Below, one piece after another: positions 1 through 6,412 of a DNA stretch of 13,316 nucleotides. The stretch's first letter is position 1. Each line of letters opens with the position of its first letter. This DNA is from Trueperaceae bacterium (lineage in GTDB: Bacteria > Deinococcota > Deinococci > Deinococcales > Trueperaceae): the NCBI GenBank assembly GCA_040905465.1, contig JBBDRK010000005.1, positions 1 through 13,316 on the forward strand. The letters run 5' to 3'. The notes beneath the pieces are model-generated. The model was not told the origin of the DNA and did no database searches. It worked only from the letters and a program-made list of their open reading frames with translations. A program made the position numbers and the translations under genes.

Positions 1-1584
1 ATCGACACTACCACCGGCGAGATCTGGCACACCAAGGAGGTCCAGGACGGGGTCTGCAAGCTGGATCCGAGCGGTGCGCTCCTGGGCTGCTTCCAGCACG
101 GACATGCTTTCGCCAAGGGCGTGGCGGTGGACCGTGACGGCAACGTTTGGGTGGCACACGGCAATCTGGCCGGTGCCTCGCCAACGGTCGGACGCCTCAG
201 GACGGATGGCACATTCGTCGGGAACGTGGATCTTCTCGACGGCAATGGCCCGACCGGGGTGGCGGTCGATGCCACCGGGAAGATCTGGGTCACGAACATC
301 AGTACGAACAATGTCATGCGCATAGATCCGCAGGCCGGCCCCCTTGGGGGTGGCGGGTTTCCAGTGGGCGCGGTAGACCTGGTGGTCGATCTCGGACCCG
401 ATGCGACGCCCTACAACTACAGCGACATGACCGGTAGCGCCCTCGCGGCGGTGCCGAACAGCGGGAAGTGGACCGTGATTCACGACAGCGGCACTCCGGT
501 GGCGGCCTGGGAGGCCATCAGTTGGACCGCGGATCCCGAAGGCGGTGAGTCGATCACCGTGACGGCCGCGACCAGCGCTGACGGGAGCGCATTCAGCGAG
601 CCGGTGGCCGTGGCGAACGGCGAGGGCCCGAACCTTCCCGACGGGCGTTACCTCAGCATCGAGGTCAGCTTCGGGCGCCCCGACTCCGGCGTGTCTCCTG
701 TGCTCTACGACCTGAGCGTGGTCGCACGCGAAGTCGCGCAGGGCCCGGGAAGCCTGCGCGTGATAGCGGCCGGCGAACAAACTTCCGGCGCCCTCGGGGC
801 GCCCGCGCAGATAGCGCTGATCCTGGACGGCTCGAACTCGATGTGGGCGCAGATCGAGGGGCGCTCGCGGATCGAGATCGCCAAGGAGGTGATGACCGGT
901 GTGATCGGCGACCTGCCCGACGAGGTGCGGGTGGCGATGCGTCTCTACGGTCACCGCATCCATTTCAGCGAGGCGGGGGCGTGCCAGGACTCGGAGCTGG
1001 TGTTCCCGTTCGGACCCGTCGACAAGGCGCGGTTGCTCGAGCTCGTCCAGGGGCTGCAGCCGCGCGGCACAACCCCAATCGCCTTCTCGCTTGAGCAGGT
1101 GGCTAGCGACTTCGGCGACGCGGCCGGGGAGAAGATGGTGCTGCTGGTGACCGATGGCATCGAGGAGTGCGGCGGCAGTCCGGCGGAGGCGGTGGCGGAG
1201 TTGCTGGAGCAGGGGCTCGACGTGAGGATCAACATTGTGGGCTTCGGCTTGGCTGACGAAGACGCCAAGGCTGAGATGGAGCGGGTTGCTGAGCTGAGCG
1301 GCGGCCGTTTCTTCGATGCGGGTGATGCCGGGGAGTTGCTTGACGCTGTGCAGCGATCGCTGGCAGTTCCGTATACCGTCTTCGATGCTGAGGGCGGCGA
1401 GGTAGTTGCCGGGCATCTCGGCGACGATAGTGTCGAGCTGCCGGCGGGAATCTACCGCACGATAGTGCACGTGCCAGGCGCGGCGCTGGAGGTGGCCGAG
1501 GTATCGGTGGCACCGGGGCAGGAGACCACCGTCGAGTTGCGAGTGGGGGCCGATGGGCTGGAGGCGTCGGTCATCGGGCCCTAA
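1..1584 (+). CDS. 5'-truncated multidomain protein: NHL/Vgb-like beta-propeller, beta-sandwich linker, VWA (von Willebrand A) domain and C-terminal beta-rich domain; probably surface/secreted
   Basis: Frame is open from base 1 (IDTTTGEIWHTKEVQDGVCKLDPSG...), so the 121 start in the ORF track is not the true start. Propeller blades GVAVDRDGNVWV and GPTGVAVDATGKIWV, then YNYSDMTG. VWA MIDAS is complete: LILDGSNS (DxSxS), PRGTTPI (T), LLVTDGIEEC (D). TAA at 1582-1584. Confidence 0.85.
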   Translation: MDTTTGEIWHTKEVQDGVCKLDPSGALLGCFQHGHAFAKGVAVDRDGNVWVAHGNLAGASPTVGRLRTDGTFVGNVDLLDGNGPTGVAVDATGKIWVTNISTNNVMRIDPQAGPLGGGGFPVGAVDLVVDLGPDATPYNYSDMTGSALAAVPNSGKWTVIHDSGTPVAAWEAISWTADPEGGESITVTAATSADGSAFSEPVAVANGEGPNLPDGRYLSIEVSFGRPDSGVSPVLYDLSVVAREVAQGPGSLRVIAAGEQTSGALGAPAQIALILDGSNSMWAQIEGRSRIEIAKEVMTGVIGDLPDEVRVAMRLYGHRIHFSEAGACQDSELVFPFGPVDKARLLELVQGLQPRGTTPIAFSLEQVASDFGDAAGEKMVLLVTDGIEECGGSPAEAVAELLEQGLDVRINIVGFGLADEDAKAEMERVAELSGGRFFDAGDAGELLDAVQRSLAVPYTVFDAEGGEVVAGHLGDDSVELPAGIYRTIVHVPGAALEVAEVSVAPGQETTVELRVGADGLEASVIGP

Positions 1585-1672
1585 GGTGGGTGGAGCCGGT
1601 ACGATTACGGGTATCTCGCACGACCGTTCGTTCTGGGCACCCGATCTCTCGGGAATCCGGGGAATGCAATCT

Positions 1673-1681
1673 GGAAGGGGA
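1673..1681 (+). promoter_or_regulatory. Shine-Dalgarno-like sequence for the 1687 CDS
   Basis: GGAAGGGGA ends 5 nt before GTG at 1687. Confidence 0.55.
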
Positions 1682-1686
1682 CTCTT

Positions 1687-3204
1687 GTGGCTGTGAGGCG
1701 TTTTGTCCTTTGCCTGGCCGGAATGGCCGTCATGGCGTTGCCCGGGCTCGGGCAGGCACAGGAGTGGCCGGGAAAGTACCTGAGCATTTCGGAAGACGGC
1801 CTCGTCGTCGTCTACCTGCGCGAGTCGGACGGGCAGTTGGAGGGCGGCCTCTTACTCGGGTACGGCCTGCTGTTCCCGTTCGAAGGGCAGGCTGAAGGGG
1901 CTGTGTTCCGGGGAGAGCTGTCCGGTGCTGAGCCGCGCACGCTGGTGGAAGGCCAGTTGGAGGGCGACATGCTCACGGTCACCCTCATGCAGGACGGCAA
2001 ACGGCAAGAGTTCGCGCTCGAGCGGCAGACGGGAGCGGAACGTTTCGGGGAGGCTACCTCCGACGAGTCAGCCTCGCCCCTCCTGCAGATGCTGGCGCTG
2101 GTCCCCGACGTTCTCGACACCCGCCAGGGGACACCCGGCGTCGCCTTCGTCGATTTGCGAGCGCTGGAGGCGGCGGCCGGGGTCGAGAGCCCCGGTACGG
2201 CGGCGGCATACGAGGAGATGTCCGAGGAGGCTCGCGACGCCTGGTCGGCCGCGCTGCAGCGGGTCCGGGTCGGACCGGCGGAGTTGCTTGCCTACCGAAA
2301 CGCGCAGATGGAGGGGATGCCCGGGCTGGTAGGTTTCGAGTGGTTCGACATCGAGCGGCTGCTGGCGTACGGGGCACCTCCCGCCTCGGTGACCGTCCTT
2401 GCGGCCGAGGTGGACTCAGGCCGGCTGGCTGAGAGGCTCGCTGCCCGCGGTTTCGAGCGGGTGGAGCGGCACGGGGTGACGATTTGGCACCATCAGCGGG
2501 ACGGGGCGCTCGACCTTCGCTCGCGCGATCCCGCCGACCCGTTCGGAGCGAACATGGGAAGGGCGCAACGAATCGCGGTGCTGCCGGGTCATCTGGCGAA
2601 CTCGGCGTACTGGCGCGCTACCGAGGCCGTGACGGCTGCCCATGCCGGCCACGCCCCGGCGCTCGCTGATTCACCCGAATATCGGGCCCTTGCCGAAGCC
2701 GTCAGCGACTCCTCGACTGGAGCGCTGCTACAGGCGGTATTCCTCCATCCGATGGAGGTCGGAGTGATGCCGGGGGACCCTATTCGTCCGATGGAGCCCG
2801 GCAGGGAACAGGCGGGCGAGCGATCGCCGGGCACGAACCCGGAAGAGGCCGACGGCGATGAGCTTCCGTGGTACGGGCTGGCCGTTCTCGCCGACCGGCA
2901 GGAGGGCGGCGAGCGGGTAAGCGTGGTGGCGCTGCTGTACCAGGACGCCGCCACCGCGAGGGCCGCTGCCGAGGTGCTCGCCCGGCGGCTCGCCAGCTTC
3001 GCTGCCGCAGTTGCCGCGGGCACAGCTCTCGGCATCGACGAGCCGCGGGTGCATGTGAGCGAGTCGGGGCTCGCCGCGGCGGTGGCGTCGGTGCGTGTCG
3101 CTCCTTCGGCGGAAGGGGAGATACCGCGAGGCGGATTCGCGGCCTGGCTCGACGCCCTCTACCGTCGCGAGCTCGCGATCCTCCAGATAACCGGCGCCCA
3201 TTGA
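1687..3204 (+). CDS. Secreted hypothetical protein (505 aa)
   Basis: Long ORF with host-like codon use and an RBS. Sec-type signal peptide MAVRRFVLCLAGMAVMALPGLGQA|QE. A beta-strand-rich N-terminal ~90 aa is followed by a larger alpha/beta region. No catalytic motif recognised. Confidence 0.8.
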   Translation: MAVRRFVLCLAGMAVMALPGLGQAQEWPGKYLSISEDGLVVVYLRESDGQLEGGLLLGYGLLFPFEGQAEGAVFRGELSGAEPRTLVEGQLEGDMLTVTLMQDGKRQEFALERQTGAERFGEATSDESASPLLQMLALVPDVLDTRQGTPGVAFVDLRALEAAAGVESPGTAAAYEEMSEEARDAWSAALQRVRVGPAELLAYRNAQMEGMPGLVGFEWFDIERLLAYGAPPASVTVLAAEVDSGRLAERLAARGFERVERHGVTIWHHQRDGALDLRSRDPADPFGANMGRAQRIAVLPGHLANSAYWRATEAVTAAHAGHAPALADSPEYRALAEAVSDSSTGALLQAVFLHPMEVGVMPGDPIRPMEPGREQAGERSPGTNPEEADGDELPWYGLAVLADRQEGGERVSVVALLYQDAATARAAAEVLARRLASFAAAVAAGTALGIDEPRVHVSESGLAAAVASVRVAPSAEGEIPRGGFAAWLDALYRRELAILQITGAH

Positions 3205-3209
3205 AACGC

Positions 3210-3265
3210 CCGACCCGTCCCGGGTAACCGGTCGCCGAGCTCCGGAGTCGCTGACCGGGAGTCGG
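3210..3265. terminator. GC-rich imperfect inverted repeat between convergent genes (possible bidirectional terminator or RNA-stabilising hairpin)
   Basis: CCGGTC (3228-3233) pairs with GACCGG (3253-3258) around the palindrome CTCCGGAG (3240-3247). An alternative outer pairing is CCGAC[CCG]TCCCGG with CCGGGAGTCGG. No U-tract on either side. Confidence 0.3.
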
Positions 3266-3291
3266 CATGAGGCGGGCTATCTTGCTGGCCG

Positions 3292-4260
3292 CTAACGCGC
3301 GGTCCTGATCACGATCAGCGTGTCCGTCGCCGACCCCGCTCCCCACACCTCGCCCGGACGGCCCAGTAGTTGGCGTACCTGCGTCTGTGAGCTGGGCAGA
3401 TCGAAGGTCTCGAACTCCTCGGTCTCCGAGTCGAAGCGGATGATGGCGTCGGCTCCGAAATCTGTCAGCCACACCTTGTCGTTCTCGTCGACATAGACCG
3501 CGTACGCGCGGGGTGCGTCGCCCGGCAGTTGCCACTCCCGCCACTCGTCAACGGCCGGGTCGTAGACGCCCACCTGTCCGGCGTTCCACTCGGCCACCCA
3601 GATGCGGCCGAGCGAGTCGGACCACACCCGGCGCGCACCCTGGCCGGCGGTTGGAGGTTCGATTACCGTCGCTTCTCCTGTGTCGACGTTTACCCGGGCG
3701 ATGTGGCTGCCGGCCAGCGACGCGTAGTACACCTCTCCTTCGGGCGTGGCAGTGATTCCGTAAGGTCCGCGGCCACGCGGCGCAGGGAACGCCTGAATCT
3801 CGCCCGTCGCTGGGTCGAGTCGCCCATACACCCCGCTCTGGCCCGTGAACCAGAGCGTTCCGCGGCCGTCGAAGGCGGCCGTGTTGAGGTTGGCGCCTGG
3901 GAAATCGGCGGGGAGTGGAAATCGGGCGACTTCCTCCGTCACGGGATCGACCCGCACGATCGCGTTGAGGCCGCTGTCGGTGACCCAGGGAGCGCCGTCG
4001 GGACCAACGATCACTCCGTGAGGACGTGAGCCGGAGCCCAATGGAATGTGAGTCGCCTCGCCGCTGTCCGGGTCGAAGCGACCCAGCGCGCCCACGCCCT
4101 GGGCGGTGTACCAGACCGTGCCGTCGGCCGCCGGGGCAACGTCGTGCGGTCTCGTTCCCGGCGGAAGCGGGAACTCTTCGATCTCCTGTGCCACCGCCAC
4201 GGTTGCGGATAGCGCGAAAAACGCGAAGTAGAGTGGGATTCGGACCGGCGACCTTGCCAT
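3292..4260 (-). CDS. Exported Vgb (virginiamycin B lyase)-family beta-propeller protein; substrate unknown
   Basis: About seven ~42-aa blades (PHDVAPAADGTVWYT, PHGVIVGPDGAPWVT, LNTAAFDGRGTLWFT, PYGITATPEGEVYYA, ARRVWSDSLGRIWVA, AYAVYVDENDKVWLT, VRQLLGRPGEVWGA). N-terminal signal peptide ends AVA|QE. AGGAGG RBS. Confidence 0.85.
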   Translation of the reverse strand: MARSPVRIPLYFAFFALSATVAVAQEIEEFPLPPGTRPHDVAPAADGTVWYTAQGVGALGRFDPDSGEATHIPLGSGSRPHGVIVGPDGAPWVTDSGLNAIVRVDPVTEEVARFPLPADFPGANLNTAAFDGRGTLWFTGQSGVYGRLDPATGEIQAFPAPRGRGPYGITATPEGEVYYASLAGSHIARVNVDTGEATVIEPPTAGQGARRVWSDSLGRIWVAEWNAGQVGVYDPAVDEWREWQLPGDAPRAYAVYVDENDKVWLTDFGADAIIRFDSETEEFETFDLPSSQTQVRQLLGRPGEVWGAGSATDTLIVIRTAR

Positions 4261-4265
4261 GGCTG

Positions 4266-4271
4266 CCTCCT
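4266..4271 (-). promoter_or_regulatory. Ribosome binding site of the Vgb-family gene
   Basis: Minus strand reads AGGAGG-CAGCC-ATG(4260). Confidence 0.75.
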
Positions 4272-4292
4272 GTCGTTGACTTGCTCGGCTCG

Positions 4293-6383
4293 CTAAAGAC
4301 CCGTTGCCGGCACCGGCGGTGGCCGCCGGGTCAACTCGACCACCTTTCCTGCCCCTTCAGTCACCGAAACCGGCACGCTCAGCCGCACCCTGTCCACCAG
4401 GCAGAGTGCCTCGGCGCCCTCGCGGCAGTAGTAGATACGCAACTCGGCCGTCACTTCGGCGTCTCCGGGCGAGAAGTGCGCCGGAAACTCCAGCGCCAGC
4501 GGATATTCCGGTTCGTGGATGTCGGTTCTTGCCCGACCGGGATCAACAGTTACAGAAGCGCCGTCCGATTGCCACTCGATCGAGAGCGGCGCCAGGGTGT
4601 TCGTCTTGTAGTTCTCGGGCAGGACTATCTCGAGCGCCAGGCTGCCCGCGCCGGGTGCCACCTGTTGCGCCGGCAGCTCGACGGTCTGGCCGAAGAACTC
4701 GGCGGGGGCCGATTGCGCCAGCAGGCCCCGGGCGTCATCGAGCAGCAGGGTACGAACGCTCCCACTGTCCAGGTCGGCAACCCGAACGGCGTGATTGTTG
4801 GTGTCGGCGATGAACAGTGAGTTGCCGGCGATGCTGATGCCGGCCGGCTCGTAGAAAAGCGGCTCGGCTCCGTCGCGCCAGCCGCGTTCGCCGCTTCCCA
4901 GCACGGTGCTGGTTGTGCCGCTCTCCGGGTCGAAGCGTTTGATCTTGTTGTTGTAGGTGTCGGCGATGTAGATGGCACCGTCTTGCGCCGCGATCCCTTC
5001 GGGATGTTGCAACCGCACCCGGTTGCCGGTGCCGTCGATGTCGCCGAACTCGAAGAGGCCAATTCCCACCAAGGTGGTGACGGTCGCGTGCGCCCCGAGC
5101 CCAACACGGCGAATGGCGCTGGCCTCGCTGTCGGCAACGTACATCGCGGTGCCGTCGCTGGCGAGGCCGCTCGGCTGGTTCAGTCCGGCGTGTTCCAGCG
5201 GACCGTCCAGCAACGCCTCGCGGCCCGAGCCGGCGAACAGGTACAGCAGCTCCTCGGCCGGGTCGAAGCGCCACAACTGGTGCTGTCCGGCCATTGCGAT
5301 GTAGAGCTGACCGCCGTGAACCGCCAGGTCCCAGGGCGAATTGAGCCCTCGCGTCGCCGGACGCGCCTGCCGGAACGAGCGGATGTATTCCTGCTCGCCG
5401 CTGCCGGCTGCCGTGCTCACCTCGCCGGAAGCCAGGTCTATCCGACGGATGCTGTGGTTGCCGGTATCGGCGACATACAAGGTATCGCCGCCCGATAGGG
5501 CCATGCCACGCGGGCGCAGGAAGCGGGCTTCGTTCGCCGCGCCGTCGATGAAGCCGGCCTCGCCGCTGCCGATGACGTCGAGCACTCGCCCGTCCAGGGT
5601 AGTTACCACGATGCGATGGTGGTTGGTATCGGCGATGAAGAGCCGGTTGCCCGGCTGGTCGGCCAGCACCTTTCCGGGGAAGCGCAGCGGCGAGTCGGGC
5701 TGGGCCGAGCGTCCATCGCTAAGGTCGAGCTTCCGCCGCTCGAGAGTGCCGCGGGCCTCGAACCGATCGACCATGGCTGAGATCGTCCGGTCGAATACTT
5801 CGAACACCCCTTCGCCGGCGTGGTGTCCGGCCACCCGCCCCTCCGGGTCGATCAGAACCGAGCTCGGCCAGGCGTAGATGCCGTAGTCGCGCCAGATGGC
5901 GAAGTCGCGGTCGTTCACGATCGGGTGGTCGACTCCGTAACGCTCGGCGAAACGCCGGATGTTCTCGGTATCGCGCTCATGCTCGAACTTCGCCGAGTGC
6001 ACGCCGATCACTACCAGCTCGTCGGCGTACTTCTCCTCGAGCGCGTGCAGGTCGGGGATCACATGGATGCAGTTGATGCAGCCGTAGGTCAGGAAGTCGA
6101 GCAGCACGATCTTGCCGCGCATCTCGGCGAGCTCGAGTGGCCGGTCGCTGTTGAGCCACTCGAGGCCGTCGGGAAACTCGGGCGCCACCACCCCGGATGA
6201 GGTGCCGGATGGGGTGCCGCCGAACTGCGCGAGGGCCGTGCCGGCGAGCAGGAGGTACGCGAGCAAGACCACGCGGAACTCGATACTGATTGCCCCGATT
6301 GGACCGCGCCGATGCGGCGGGCGTCTGCCAAGGCGAACGGTGCCTGTCGTGCCGAAGAGCGGCACGAGATCGACTGGAGCCAT
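4293..6383 (-). CDS. Thioredoxin-like (CINC) + NHL-repeat beta-propeller + C-terminal DsbD-N-like domain protein (NHLRC2/SOQ1 architecture) with predicted export signal
   Basis: APEFP..LEWLNS..PL....RGKIVLLDFLTYGCINCIH and VIGVHSAKF (Trx-like). NHL blades LRFPGKV, LFIADTNHHRI, LYVADTGNHSIR, LNSPWDL, MAGQHQLW, QPSGL, YVADSEASAIR, LQHPEGI, YIADTYNNKIK, FYEPAGI. C-terminal IYYCREGAEALC. Hydrophobic stretch VVLLAYLLLAGTALA|Q. Confidence 0.9.
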   Translation of the reverse strand: MAPVDLVPLFGTTGTVRLGRRPPHRRGPIGAISIEFRVVLLAYLLLAGTALAQFGGTPSGTSSGVVAPEFPDGLEWLNSDRPLELAEMRGKIVLLDFLTYGCINCIHVIPDLHALEEKYADELVVIGVHSAKFEHERDTENIRRFAERYGVDHPIVNDRDFAIWRDYGIYAWPSSVLIDPEGRVAGHHAGEGVFEVFDRTISAMVDRFEARGTLERRKLDLSDGRSAQPDSPLRFPGKVLADQPGNRLFIADTNHHRIVVTTLDGRVLDVIGSGEAGFIDGAANEARFLRPRGMALSGGDTLYVADTGNHSIRRIDLASGEVSTAAGSGEQEYIRSFRQARPATRGLNSPWDLAVHGGQLYIAMAGQHQLWRFDPAEELLYLFAGSGREALLDGPLEHAGLNQPSGLASDGTAMYVADSEASAIRRVGLGAHATVTTLVGIGLFEFGDIDGTGNRVRLQHPEGIAAQDGAIYIADTYNNKIKRFDPESGTTSTVLGSGERGWRDGAEPLFYEPAGISIAGNSLFIADTNNHAVRVADLDSGSVRTLLLDDARGLLAQSAPAEFFGQTVELPAQQVAPGAGSLALEIVLPENYKTNTLAPLSIEWQSDGASVTVDPGRARTDIHEPEYPLALEFPAHFSPGDAEVTAELRIYYCREGAEALCLVDRVRLSVPVSVTEGAGKVVELTRRPPPVPATGL

Positions 6384-6388
6384 GAGTG

Positions 6389-6398
6389 CCTCCTCTTC
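6389..6398 (-). promoter_or_regulatory. Ribosome binding site of the Trx-NHL gene
   Basis: Minus strand reads GAAGAGGAGG-CACTC-ATG(6383), within the 29-bp gap after the addA-like stop. Confidence 0.75.
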
Positions 6399-6412
6399 AG
6401 TCTACGCCCCAC

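Noticed and set aside
1585..1686. Promoter or riboswitch in the 102-bp intergenic region (TACGAT at 1600-1605; CCCGA-TCTC-TCGGG hairpin at 1640-1653)
   Set aside because: No convincing -35 element, only a 5-bp stem and no recognisable RNA family motif.
3292..4260. Calling this gene vgb (antibiotic resistance)
   Set aside because: Fold-level similarity only. A signal peptide is present and the catalytic E-P-H motif is not seen in the last blade.
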